From NCBI GenBank assembly GCA_903865745.1, contig CAIPKV010000059.1, positions 69,487-133,486 on the forward strand: a stretch of DNA of 64,000 bases, in the 5' to 3' direction. Shown here piece by piece: positions 38,207 through 48,091 of the stretch. The notes beneath the pieces are model-generated. The model was not told the DNA's origin and ran no database searches. It saw nothing but the letters and a program-made list of their open reading frames with translations. Source of the stretch: an uncultured Verrucomicrobia subdivision 3 bacterium. Its GTDB lineage: Bacteria > Verrucomicrobiota > Verrucomicrobiia > Limisphaerales > UBA11358. The first letter of the stretch is position 1. The number at the start of each line of letters is the position of its first letter. The position numbers were made by a program, and so were the translations under genes.

Positions 38207-41200
38207 ATGAAACATTTACTTGTTCTACTGTCCGCAGGTGTGCTGTTTTTATCAGTACGCACGGAAGCCGCTGATTCGCTCGAGCAAAATTTCAAAAACC
38301 CGCCCGCTGATGCCCGTCCCTGGGTCTATTGGTTTTGGAACAACGGTAACGTGACGAGTAATGGTATCACCGCTGACCTCGAAGCCATGCAGCGTGTCGG
38401 TATTGGCGGCGTGCTGATCATGGACGTGAAGGAGCGATTTGCACCACCGCAAGGCACGGCGGAGTTCATGAATCCGGAATGGCAAAAACTATTTGAGTTT
38501 TCGGTGCAGGAGGCTGGGCGGCTTGGCTTGGAGATTAACATGGACAACGGGCCAGGTTGGACTGGTAGCAGCGGCCCGTGGATTACGCCGGAACTTTCCA
38601 TGCAGAAGCTGGTCTCGGCCAATCTCACAGTCACGGGGCCGACGAATCTTGCCACCGTGCTGCCCAGGCCGGCCTTGAACAATGTAGTCCAGAATTACTT
38701 TAATTCGCAGATCAAGTTCAAGGAATACTACGAGGACGTCGCGGTTCTGGCCTGGCCGGTGACGACGAACGCCATTATTCCCGCTAACGCGGTGGTGAAC
38801 CTGACCGCGCAGGTCGGCGCGGATGGAAAATTGAATTGGACCGTGCCGCCCGGGACCTGGCAAATCCAGCGCATCGGTCACACGACGACGGGTTCGAGTA
38901 CGCGGCCGCCGGTAGCGGGCGGTAATGGACTGGAGTGCGACAAGCTGAGTGCCGACGCGATGGATGCGCATTTTGCCGGCATGATGGCGAAGCTTATCAA
39001 AACGGCGGGCCCGCTCGCGGGTAAGGCGCTCGTGGCGACGCACATTGACAGTTGGGAAGTGGGGGCGCAGAACTGGACGCCGAAGTTCCGTGAGGAATTT
39101 CAGAGGCGGCGCGGTTACGATCCGCTGCCCTGGCTGCCGTGTGTCACGGATGCGGCGCACGAAAAAATAAATGGGAAAACCGTTACCACCTTTAAGCACG
39201 ATCTGGAAAGTACGGCGAAGGCGGCGCGGTTCCGTTGGGATTTTGACCAAACAATCGCAGAACTGCTCGCTGAGAATTATTCCGGGCGGATCGAAAAACT
39301 AGCGCGAGAAAATGGTTTGAGGTTCACGTTGGAAGGCTACGACCTGCCCTTCGGCGATGAGTATACCTACACGGCGCGGGCGGATGAACCGATGACTGAA
39401 TTCTGGACGATGGGCTGGAGCGGGAGGACGACCAAGTCCAAGGCGGAAGAGATGGCGTCTGTCGCACACGTCTATGGCCATGCAATTGTTGGGGCGGAAT
39501 CGTTCACCTCGGGCGACAAGGAAGAATGGAAGCTTACGCCGGCGGATATCAAGTCGCTGGGGGATTATGAATTTTCGCAGGGCGTGAACCGTTTTGTGGT
39601 ACATCGTTACGCGCATCAGCCCTACCTTGACCGCGTGCCAGGCGCGACCATGGGACCATGGGGGCTGCATTATGAGCGCACACAGACGTGGTGGGAAATG
39701 TCTGGTGCCTGGCACGAATATCTGGCGCGCTGCCAGTATTTATGCCGGCAGGGAAAGTTTGTGGCCGACTTGCTCTATCTCCGGCCAGAAGTGCCGAACC
39801 AGACATTCTTTACGCCCAATCCAGCGCCGCCCGCCGGTTATCGGTTCGATGAAATCAGTGCGGAGGCTTTGTTACAACGCGTCTCGGTGCAGGATGGGAA
39901 ACTCATGCTGCCGGACGGGATGGATTATCGCGTGCTGGTACTGCCGCCGGTAAAAACGATGACGCCCGCGCTACTCGAAAAAATTAATAATCTAACACGC
40001 GCGGGCGCCACGGTGGTTGCGAGCGGTGCGCGGCCGCAGGCTTCCCCGAGTTTGCAGAATTTTCCCAAGTGCGATGAAGTTGTGGCCCAACTGGGTCGGG
40101 AGATTTGGGGAGATTGCGATGGGAAGACGACAACCGAAAATGCTTCAGGTCAGGGCAGAATGATTTGGGGTCAGCCGCTGGAAAAAGTCTTGGCTGACTT
40201 GAAGGCTTCGGCTGATTTTACGGCTAATGTGAACCTTAACTGGATTCATCGCCGTGTCGATGGTGCCGAGATATATTTTGTTGCAAATCCGGCCAGTGCG
40301 GCGGTCGAAGCGCGCTGCACATTCCGCGTGAAGGGGCTGCGCCCGGAATGGTGGAATCCAGAGACCAGTGAGACTACCTCGCTTGCGGCTTACGAAGAAA
40401 CTGCGGCTGGCATCACTGTGCCGCTTAGGTTTGGGCCGAGCGGGTCGGCCTTCATCGTGTTTCGCCAGCCAAACGGTAATTTTGATCCGGTGGTAAGAGT
40501 TCTGCGCAACGGCCAGCCTTTGCTTGAGACGTCGTCAAAGGTTGATGACTTCAAGGTTCTAAAGGCCAGCTATGGCATTCCCGGTGATGCGTCGCGAACA
40601 CGAGATGTGCGTGCGCAGGTGCAAGCGCTAATTGACCAAGGCAAAACTACGTTTGCAGTCGGGGATTTGGCAGAAACGGGCGATCCGGCTTATGGCGTTG
40701 TGAAAACACTTGCTGTGGAATATGTCGTTGCCGGAAAAACTAATAAAGCCACCGGCAAAGATCCCGAAACAATCACACTTGGTGGTTCGGTGGCGGAGTC
40801 GGAACGGCCGGCGGAAATTCTCTGTGATGGAGCGGGAAACTTGCGCCTCGTTGCCCGTGAACCGGGCAGCTACGAATGGATTACGGCGTCCGGCCTAACG
40901 AATCGCGCGAATCTTGCGGAAGTCTTGCCGCCGATTGATATCACTGGTCCGTGGCAGTTGAGTTTTCCACCCAAATGGGGTGCCCCAGAATCGGTGACGC
41001 TGACAAATTTGGTTTCGTGGGCTGACAACTCGGATACCGGAATAAAATACTTTTCCGGCACGGCGACCTATCGGTCATCCTTCGATCTTTTCAATACAAA
41101 GCTGGTATCCCAGGGTTCAAGATTGTTTATTAACTTGGGCGATGTGCGGGTGGTGGCGCGGGTAAAGGTGAACGGTCAGGACTGCGGCATCGCATGGCGT

Positions 41201-41416
41201 CCGCCATTTCGTGTTGAAATTACTGGCGCGGTGCGCCCGGGTGCAAACGCGCTTGAAATCCAGGTTGCGAATCAGTGGCCTAACCGCATGATCGGTGACG
41301 CTTCGCTGGCGGTGGAACAGCGGTTTACGTGGAGTTCGTGGGAACCATTCACCAAGGATACGTCACTGTTGCCGTCGGGACTCCTGGGTCCGGTGAGAAT
41401 CGAAATAAAACAGTGA
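38207..41416 (+). CDS. Large secreted glycoside hydrolase, GH106-like (putative alpha-L-rhamnosidase)
   Basis: It has a signal peptide. The N-terminal signature is FKNPPADARPWVYWFWNNGNVTSNGITADLEAMQRVGIGGVLIM, as in GH106-type enzymes. It has a C-terminal sugar-binding-like domain. The assignment is by motif memory. Confidence 0.55.
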   Translation: MKHLLVLLSAGVLFLSVRTEAADSLEQNFKNPPADARPWVYWFWNNGNVTSNGITADLEAMQRVGIGGVLIMDVKERFAPPQGTAEFMNPEWQKLFEFSVQEAGRLGLEINMDNGPGWTGSSGPWITPELSMQKLVSANLTVTGPTNLATVLPRPALNNVVQNYFNSQIKFKEYYEDVAVLAWPVTTNAIIPANAVVNLTAQVGADGKLNWTVPPGTWQIQRIGHTTTGSSTRPPVAGGNGLECDKLSADAMDAHFAGMMAKLIKTAGPLAGKALVATHIDSWEVGAQNWTPKFREEFQRRRGYDPLPWLPCVTDAAHEKINGKTVTTFKHDLESTAKAARFRWDFDQTIAELLAENYSGRIEKLARENGLRFTLEGYDLPFGDEYTYTARADEPMTEFWTMGWSGRTTKSKAEEMASVAHVYGHAIVGAESFTSGDKEEWKLTPADIKSLGDYEFSQGVNRFVVHRYAHQPYLDRVPGATMGPWGLHYERTQTWWEMSGAWHEYLARCQYLCRQGKFVADLLYLRPEVPNQTFFTPNPAPPAGYRFDEISAEALLQRVSVQDGKLMLPDGMDYRVLVLPPVKTMTPALLEKINNLTRAGATVVASGARPQASPSLQNFPKCDEVVAQLGREIWGDCDGKTTTENASGQGRMIWGQPLEKVLADLKASADFTANVNLNWIHRRVDGAEIYFVANPASAAVEARCTFRVKGLRPEWWNPETSETTSLAAYEETAAGITVPLRFGPSGSAFIVFRQPNGNFDPVVRVLRNGQPLLETSSKVDDFKVLKASYGIPGDASRTRDVRAQVQALIDQGKTTFAVGDLAETGDPAYGVVKTLAVEYVVAGKTNKATGKDPETITLGGSVAESERPAEILCDGAGNLRLVAREPGSYEWITASGLTNRANLAEVLPPIDITGPWQLSFPPKWGAPESVTLTNLVSWADNSDTGIKYFSGTATYRSSFDLFNTKLVSQGSRLFINLGDVRVVARVKVNGQDCGIAWRPPFRVEITGAVRPGANALEIQVANQWPNRMIGDASLAVEQRFTWSSWEPFTKDTSLLPSGLLGPVRIEIKQ

Positions 41417-41595
41417 ACATATTGAAGTCAGGTTGTTTAACTGTGGGAAAAGAGTTGAATTTTAGCTCAAAAAAAACTACACATACGCTCCTTGAAATGC
41501 TCAAGGTCGCCCTGATTGTTTTTAGCTTTAATCCGGTTCAATCGCGTGGCGGTGGTTTGCATTCATTAAAATAAAAGAAATAATTTAAATTACCC

Positions 41596-42498
41596 ATGTC
41601 CATCCTCGTCACCCCCGCCACCAAGGTTCTCGTCCAAGGCATCACCGGTAGCTTTGGCGCGAAGCACGCGCAACTCTCCATTGATTATGGAACCCACATT
41701 GTCGCCGGCGTCACGCCTGGCAAGGGTGGGCAGTTTTTTGAGCACGGTGGCAAGAAGGTGCCGATTTTTGACACTGTCGCCGATGCGGTTAAGCAGACCG
41801 GAGCAACCGCCAGTGCGGTGTTCGTGCCGCCACCGTTTGCAGCGGATGCGATTCTCGAAGGCGCCGATGCCGGTCTTGAACTTGTAGTTACGATTACGGA
41901 AGGCATTCCCGTGCGCGACATGGTACGGGTGAAACGCGCTCTGCAAGGGAACACAAAAACTCGGCTCATCGGGCCGAACTGTCCCGGTATCGTCACTCCA
42001 GGCGAAGGCAAGGATTCACACGGCGGCTGCCGCATCGGTATTGCCCCCGGCTACATCCATAAAAAAGGTAATATTGGTGTTGTTTCGCGGAGCGGTACGT
42101 TGACTTATGAGGCGGTGTGGCAGCTCACCTCGCGTGGCGTTGGTCAGTCCACGTGTGTTGGCATTGGTGGTGATCCGGTGAACGGCACATCTCATTTGGA
42201 CGTGATAAAACTTTTTAACGCTGACCCGGAAACAACCGGAATCATCATGATTGGTGAGATTGGTGGCAGCGCCGAAGAAGAAGCCGCCGAGTGGATTAAA
42301 GCGAATTGTAAAAAGCCGGTCGCTGGGTTTATTGCCGGTGCGACCGCGCCGCCCGGACGCCGCATGGGCCACGCTGGTGCAATCGTAAGCGGAGGCAAAG
42401 GCACAGCGGAAGCGAAGATAGCTGCGTTTAAGGCTGCGGGCATAGGCATCGCGGTGACGCCAAGTGAGATGGCGGACACGCTGCTGAAGCTGATGTGA
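41596..42498 (+). CDS. sucD: Succinate--CoA ligase subunit alpha
   Basis: The sequence [45 protein letters not shown]...[17 protein letters not shown] is typical of SucD. Confidence 0.93.
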   Translation: MSILVTPATKVLVQGITGSFGAKHAQLSIDYGTHIVAGVTPGKGGQFFEHGGKKVPIFDTVADAVKQTGATASAVFVPPPFAADAILEGADAGLELVVTITEGIPVRDMVRVKRALQGNTKTRLIGPNCPGIVTPGEGKDSHGGCRIGIAPGYIHKKGNIGVVSRSGTLTYEAVWQLTSRGVGQSTCVGIGGDPVNGTSHLDVIKLFNADPETTGIIMIGEIGGSAEEEAAEWIKANCKKPVAGFIAGATAPPGRRMGHAGAIVSGGKGTAEAKIAAFKAAGIGIAVTPSEMADTLLKLM

Positions 42499-42561
42499 TT
42501 CGTTAAATCGTTGAATGGTTGAATCGATTCAACAATTTAACTTTTCAACGAATTAACACTT

Positions 42562-43386
42562 GTGGCTTTTGTCGATTTCATCCTGAACCTTGCCGGTCTA
42601 CTGCTATGGCTAAACTGGCGTTCCATTCGTTTCGACCCTCTCGCAAAACGTAAGCCGGCCACGCTCATGGGTACGCTGCGGCCCGCTGCGCCCAAAAAAT
42701 TGCGGCGTTGGCATCTGCTGGTTTTTCTCGCAGCGCTGCTTTTTTTGCGCGCCATTTTTTACCGTTGGATTGCGCCATTATGGATTGGGAAGCTGGATTT
42801 GGGTGTGATCGCGCCGACGTTTCGAAGTGACTGGTTTTCAGGAATCCTTCTCTTTTCGTTTTTGAGCTTTGGGCTGACGCTGGGGGTGTTTTACATCGGA
42901 CTTTTATTTTTGTCCTTGTTGGCCGGGCCGGAGCCGATTCACGGGCTGGTGAAAATCCCGCTGGGACGCCTGGATGGCTGGCCACGCTGGGCAAAAATCC
43001 TGTTACCGCTTTTTTGCACAGCCGGATGCTGGTGGTTGACTAGCTGGCTGCTTGGCTGGCTGCAGGTTTTGCCACCGCCGGTTTCCATGGCGGAACGTTT
43101 GGAGCAGTCGTTCGTCATTGGGCTGGGTAGCTATCTGGTCTGGAAATTTCCAGCGGGTGCAATCCTTACGCTGCACCTGCTGAACAGTTATATTTATTTC
43201 GGAAGAAATCCATTTTGGAAATACCTTAACGTGACCGCGCAGACATTTCTGGCACCGCTGAAAAAAATCCCGTTGCGCGCAGGGAAGGTGGACTTTGCCC
43301 CGGTTATTGTAATCGGCCTGATATTTCTTGCGGCGGAATTTGCCGCGCGCCTGCTTAATATTCTCTACGCTCGCCTGCCTATTTGA
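42562..43386 (+). CDS. Hypothetical polytopic membrane protein (possibly YggT-like)
   Basis: This 274-aa ORF has a GTG start and 6-7 hydrophobic helices. Its resemblance to YggT-type termini is weak. Confidence 0.4.
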   Translation: MAFVDFILNLAGLLLWLNWRSIRFDPLAKRKPATLMGTLRPAAPKKLRRWHLLVFLAALLFLRAIFYRWIAPLWIGKLDLGVIAPTFRSDWFSGILLFSFLSFGLTLGVFYIGLLFLSLLAGPEPIHGLVKIPLGRLDGWPRWAKILLPLFCTAGCWWLTSWLLGWLQVLPPPVSMAERLEQSFVIGLGSYLVWKFPAGAILTLHLLNSYIYFGRNPFWKYLNVTAQTFLAPLKKIPLRAGKVDFAPVIVIGLIFLAAEFAARLLNILYARLPI

Positions 43387-43392
43387 ACGTCG

Positions 43393-44502
43393 TCACGCAA
43401 TCTTCGACTTGGGCAGCCTGACGGTGACGGTGGTGCCGGTATCTTTGTTGCTGGTTAGCGACAGTCGGCCACCATGAAGTTCCGCCAGTTTTTTGGCAAT
43501 GGCCAGACCGAGGCCGAGGCCCTGTTCATCCTTCATATTACGTTCGAACTGGACGTAAGCGTCTATGTGCCTAATGTGTTCGGTGGAAAATCCGCAGCCA
43601 TAGTCGTGAACTGAAAACTCGATGTCTTCGCCGGTGGTTTTCAGGGTGACCTGAACAGACGAGCCTGACTCAGAAAACTTGAAGGCATTCTGCACCAGCT
43701 CTGAAATGATTTTTTTGAAGTATTCCTCAGCCATGGCCAGCGGGGCATCGGTAAGCTCAAGCGTCAGGTCGGGCAGGCGTCCGGCGATTTCCGCCAGCGA
43801 CATGGCGACGGGTCGCACAGTGTTGGACGGTGCGGTGATTTTCGCGGAGCGCAACGCGATGACGCTATCGGCGTCGGTGGCAACCATTTCCAACCGGGCG
43901 TAAAACAAAAAGTTTTCAATGAGCCGTTCGAGACGCAGTCCTGAATTACATATTTCCTTACCCATCTCGGCGACGGTGGCGGGGCCGAGGGTGTCGGCGG
44001 AAGTAACCAGCAGTTCGGCGTTGGCGATGATGCCGTTGAGGGGTGTGCGCAGTTCGTGCGGCATCATCATCGAGATGTGCGTGCGCAGCGTGGTGAGTTT
44101 CCGTTCGGCGTCGTCGCGAACTGTTTTCACCTTGCGAAGCCGGGCGTTCACGGCGGCATAAAGCTCGTCCACTTTAAACGGCTTTGGCAGGTAATCGTCT
44201 GCGCCGAGTTCCATGCCGTGGCGCATTCCGGCGGAATCGGCCATGCCCGTCATCAGGATGAATGGGATGGCAGCCGTTGAAGCGTCGCCGCGCAGTTTTT
44301 CCAAGGTGGTGTAGCCCGACCCGTGCTTGTCCATGTTGACATCGCAGAGGATGAGGTCGGGCAAATGATGGCACGCCTTTTGAACGCCATCGGTGCTGTT
44401 ATGGGCCTCAATGACTTCAAAGCCCTGCTGTTCCAGCGCGATTCGAATCATTTCGCGCAGCCAGGTTTCGTCATCGATGACTAGAATCTTACTCATGGGC
44501 AA
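43393..44502 (-). CDS. Hybrid response-regulator receiver and histidine kinase (no obvious sensor or TM domain)
   Basis: It has an N-terminal receiver (KILVIDDE...DLILCDVNM...IPFILMTG), then an H-box (MMPHELRTPLNGI), then the HATPase motifs (DYGCGF, GLGLGLAIAKKLAELHGG). Confidence 0.85.
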   Translation of the reverse strand: MPMSKILVIDDETWLREMIRIALEQQGFEVIEAHNSTDGVQKACHHLPDLILCDVNMDKHGSGYTTLEKLRGDASTAAIPFILMTGMADSAGMRHGMELGADDYLPKPFKVDELYAAVNARLRKVKTVRDDAERKLTTLRTHISMMMPHELRTPLNGIIANAELLVTSADTLGPATVAEMGKEICNSGLRLERLIENFLFYARLEMVATDADSVIALRSAKITAPSNTVRPVAMSLAEIAGRLPDLTLELTDAPLAMAEEYFKKIISELVQNAFKFSESGSSVQVTLKTTGEDIEFSVHDYGCGFSTEHIRHIDAYVQFERNMKDEQGLGLGLAIAKKLAELHGGRLSLTSNKDTGTTVTVRLPKSKIA

Positions 44503-44568
44503 TGTTTTGCCTAAGAAAGCAATTTTCGCGCCGCCGACCCCGTTTTACTGCGAAAGACTGGCCTCAAA

Positions 44569-45864
44569 TTATTTCCGCTGCTCCAGCGGGATGTAAGGAT
44601 TAATCGTCTTGCCCGTGTAAATCTGGCGGGGCCGGTAAATGCGGCTCTTCGGCTCCTCCATGATTTCCTTATAATTGGCAATCCAGCCGGGCATACGGCC
44701 AATGGCAAAGATGACCGTGAACATCTCCAGCGGAATACCGATGGCGCGCATGATGATGCCGCTATAGAAATCCACGTTCGGATAAAGTTTCCGCTCGACG
44801 AAATAAGGATCCTTCAGCGCGGCCTCTTCCAGCTTCTTCGCAATGTCCAGTAACGGGTCAGTGATGTGCAATTTGGACAGGACCTCGTCACAGGCTTGTT
44901 TAATAATCGTGGCGCGCGGATCGTAGTTTTTATAAACGCGGTGGCCGAAGCCCATGAGTTTCTTGCCACTGTTCTTGTCCTTGGCGGCTGTAATAAATTT
45001 TGAACCGTCGTCGCCGGAATTGTGGATGTCCGCGAGCATTTCGAGCACCGCCTGGTTCGCGCCGCCGTGCAGCGGGCCCCAGAGTGCGCACACGCCGGCC
45101 GCGCAGCTCGCAAATAGATTTGCCTGGCTGGACGCCACCATGCGGACGGTTGAGGTGGAACAGTTCTGCTCGTGATCCGCGTGCAACAGAAAAATCAAGT
45201 CCAGCGCCTTAACCACTTCCGGCTTGATCTCAAAATCCTCATACGGCATCGAGAACATCATGTGCAGGAAGTTCGCCGTGTATTTGTAGTTTTGCTTCGG
45301 ATAAATCAGCGGCAACCCCTTGGACTTGCGATACGAATACGCCGCAATCGTTCGCACCTGCGAAATCAGCTTCGCCACATAGATATCAAATTGATTGTTC
45401 TTGCCCCACTTCCAGTTCATCAAGCCCTCGTCAAAGCAGCTCGCAGCGTTAATCATCGAGGACAAGATGGCCATCGGATGGGCGCCCGACGGGAAACCCT
45501 CGAAGTGATACTTCATGTCCTCGTGCAGGTACTGGTGGTCGGTCAGCAGGTCGGAGAAGGTCTTCAACTGCGTGCGGTTCGGCAGCGCGCCATAGATGAT
45601 CAGGTACGCCGTCTCGATAAAATTGGATTTCTCGGCCATCTCCTCGATGGGGATGCCGCGGTAGCGCAGGATGCCCTGGTCGCCGTCGATGAACGTCACA
45701 TTACTGGCGCACGAGCCGGTATTGCCATAGCCATCATCGATGGTGATGTAGCCGGTCGTCGCGCGCAGCGCCGAAACGTCCACGGCCTTTTCATTCTCGC
45801 TGCCCGTCAGGGTGGGCAGGGTGTAAACTTTTCCGTCCAGTTCTAGTTTGGCTTGATTGCTCAT
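44569..45864 (-). CDS. gltA: Citrate synthase
   Basis: This 431-aa ORF has [15 protein letters not shown] and [14 protein letters not shown], the classic type II citrate synthase motifs. Confidence 0.93.
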   Translation of the reverse strand: MSNQAKLELDGKVYTLPTLTGSENEKAVDVSALRATTGYITIDDGYGNTGSCASNVTFIDGDQGILRYRGIPIEEMAEKSNFIETAYLIIYGALPNRTQLKTFSDLLTDHQYLHEDMKYHFEGFPSGAHPMAILSSMINAASCFDEGLMNWKWGKNNQFDIYVAKLISQVRTIAAYSYRKSKGLPLIYPKQNYKYTANFLHMMFSMPYEDFEIKPEVVKALDLIFLLHADHEQNCSTSTVRMVASSQANLFASCAAGVCALWGPLHGGANQAVLEMLADIHNSGDDGSKFITAAKDKNSGKKLMGFGHRVYKNYDPRATIIKQACDEVLSKLHITDPLLDIAKKLEEAALKDPYFVERKLYPNVDFYSGIIMRAIGIPLEMFTVIFAIGRMPGWIANYKEIMEEPKSRIYRPRQIYTGKTINPYIPLEQRK

Positions 45865-45976
45865 GGCTCCTTTAATTCATTGAAGGGTTAAAACTCAATT
45901 GCTTAAAAATTTGCCGTCGAAAAGAAAAATTGCAAGCCGTGAAAAGCAAAATCGCACGATTTTCCACGGCTGCCAA

Positions 45977-46135
45977 TTATCCGTCAGCGTTCTCGCCATG
46001 CCCGGCACAGCCACATCCGGCTAATTCAATGCAATCTTTGCAAAGCGTCTGCCCCGCCATTTCCACCACCTCAAAGCTCCCGCACCGCTCGCACGTGGCG
46101 TTTTCCGGGTCCTGACCTTCCGTAGTCGAGCTCAC
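45977..46135 (-). CDS. Candidate 52-aa zinc-ribbon micro-protein overlapping the trpE stop
   Basis: My own translation from the GTG at 46135 is VSSTTEGQDPENATCERCGSFEVVEMAGQTLCKDCIELAGCGCAGHGENADG. It contains CxxC-x15-CxxC. GTGA overlaps the trpE stop codon. It is below the 60-aa cutoff of the ORF track. Confidence 0.35.
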   Translation of the reverse strand: MSSTTEGQDPENATCERCGSFEVVEMAGQTLCKDCIELAGCGCAGHGENADG

Positions 46136-47646
46136 GCCTTGCCAAACCCCTCCGCCAACGCGATGGCCTTCCGCATTGCCATGGATTTGTTTACCGTCTC
46201 CTGATATTCGCCTTCCGGCGTCGAATCGTTCACCCAGCCGCCGCCGGCTTGGACGAAGGCCCGGCCGTCCTTGATGAGCGCCGTGCGAATGGTAATGCAG
46301 GTGTCCAGATTACCGTTGAAGGAAAAATAGCCCACGCAGCCCGCGTAAGTGCCGCGTGTGGTCTGTTCGAATTCAGAGATGATCTGCATCGCGCGGATTT
46401 TCGGCGCGCCGCTGACCGTGCCGGCCGGAAACGTCGCGCGCATCAAATCATAATTCGACTTATCGGCGGATAAATTCCCTTCCACCTGCGACACGATATG
46501 CATGACATGGCTGTAACGCTCCACGATCATCAAATCCTTCACCGACACGCTGCCGAAATCGCAGACGCGGCCGATATCGTTGCGCGCCAGATCCACGAGC
46601 ATCACGTGCTCGGCGCGTTCCTTCGGGTCGGCGAGCAGTTCCTTTTCCAACGCCTTATCCTCATCGTCCGTCTTGCCGCGACGACGCGTGCCGGCGATGG
46701 GGCGAATCTCCACCTTGCCCTCTTCGCAGCGAACGTGCAGTTCCGGCGACGCCCCGACCAGCGCGAAACCATCCAGCTCCAGCAGAAACATGTACGGCGA
46801 AGGATTGATGCTGCGCACTGCGCGATAAATATCCACCGGCGACGCCTTGACCGGCGCGGAGAACCGTTGCGAACCAACCACCTGTATGATGTCGCCCGCG
46901 CGAATGTATTTCTTCGCCGCCTCGACATTCGCAAAAAACTTCTCCGACGACTGGTTGGATTCAAAGGAAATCGGCGGCACCTCCGCTGGCAACGTCACCG
47001 GCTGATGTTCACTCGGCTGTTCCAGCAGCGAGACGATGCGGTCAATCTCGCTCGTCGCATTTTCGTAGGCCTCCGCGGGCGATTCAGCGTCCTCCAAGAC
47101 CGCGTTGACCAGAATGGTAATCGTCTGCTGCGCGCGGTCGAAGGTGAGCAATTGGTCGGCGATAAGGAAATACATCACCGGCGTCTTCAATTCATCCACC
47201 GGCGGACGCGGCACGGACGGTTCCACGTCATGGATGAATTCGTAGCCGATGAAGCCGATGGCACCCCCCGTGAAGCGCGGCAGACCAGGCGTCGTCACCG
47301 CGCGGAATTTCTTCATCACGCGCTCGACCACTTCCAAGCCGTCCTTCACGTCGCGACCGACCACGAAACTTTCCGTCACGCGCCCGTTCTCGAAGATTTG
47401 GACTTGGCTGCCGTCCTGTCGGATGACGGCGCGCGGGTTGCAGCCCACGAACGAGTAGCGCCCCACATGTTCGCCGCCTTCGACCGACTCGAACAGGAAC
47501 GATTCGCCCTGACCCCGGATTTTGCGATAAGCCGAGAGCGGCGTTTCGAGGTCGGCCAGGATGCGACGCGCGACGGGAATGAGATTTCCCTGCGTCGTGA
47601 GCTTCAAAAATTCAGCAGCAGTCGGCGAATACATAGAAATAAGCAT
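46132..47646 (-). CDS. trpE: Anthranilate synthase component I
   Basis: This 504-aa ORF has the chorismate-binding-enzyme motifs ..GTYAGCVGYFSFNGNLDTCITIRT.. and LFESVEGGE. Confidence 0.93.
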   Translation of the reverse strand: MLISMYSPTAAEFLKLTTQGNLIPVARRILADLETPLSAYRKIRGQGESFLFESVEGGEHVGRYSFVGCNPRAVIRQDGSQVQIFENGRVTESFVVGRDVKDGLEVVERVMKKFRAVTTPGLPRFTGGAIGFIGYEFIHDVEPSVPRPPVDELKTPVMYFLIADQLLTFDRAQQTITILVNAVLEDAESPAEAYENATSEIDRIVSLLEQPSEHQPVTLPAEVPPISFESNQSSEKFFANVEAAKKYIRAGDIIQVVGSQRFSAPVKASPVDIYRAVRSINPSPYMFLLELDGFALVGASPELHVRCEEGKVEIRPIAGTRRRGKTDDEDKALEKELLADPKERAEHVMLVDLARNDIGRVCDFGSVSVKDLMIVERYSHVMHIVSQVEGNLSADKSNYDLMRATFPAGTVSGAPKIRAMQIISEFEQTTRGTYAGCVGYFSFNGNLDTCITIRTALIKDGRAFVQAGGGWVNDSTPEGEYQETVNKSMAMRKAIALAEGFGKA

Positions 47647-47795
47647 GAAGAAATTCGCCTAAAGAAACAACCAGTTTAGTAGGTCGCCACTGAAAAGTCC
47701 GGCGCGGCTACCGGAACCGGCGCCGCCCCAATCGCCCATAGATTTGCCATTGCCGCGTCGAAAAACCCATAAATGAGTCCGTTTCACCCTCAAGC

Positions 47796-48026
47796 GCGTA
47801 TTCGTTTGCTACAAACGCATATGCAAATAGACCATCCGCATATGCAAACGTGGCATCCGCATATGCAACTGCGGTATTCGCGTATGCAAATGGGGCAAGT
47901 GCATATGCCATTGGGGCATTCGCATACGCAGATGCTCCAATTGCATATGCGGATGCGACAATCGCATAGGCGATTGCCATAAACAAACACGCGGATGTTC
48001 CAAAGGAACACGCAGTTGCCGTCCCC
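47796..48026. repeat. Array 3: 11 tandem units of exactly 21 bp carrying a GCATATGC palindrome
   Basis: Core starts lie at 47817, 47838, 47859, 47901 and 47943 (perfect GCATATGC). One-mismatch cores lie at 47880, 47922 and 47964. More degenerate units lie at 47796, 47985 and 48006. Confidence 0.9.
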
Positions 48027-48091
48027 GCGTGGGCCAGCCGGTATTCCATATCTGTGTTTCATCTGGGTCCATCTGTGGCTAAAATCCCCGC

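Noticed and set aside
47773-48072. His/Met-rich (HPHMQ.. and LHMRM..) and Cys-rich (ICxCxxx) heptad ORFs over array 3 could be metal-binding peptides.
   Set aside because: All of them are frame-shifted readings of the same GCATATGC palindrome on both strands. Four overlapping ORFs cannot all be genes, and none has a convincing start context. I treat them as a by-product of periodic stop-free DNA until translation is shown.
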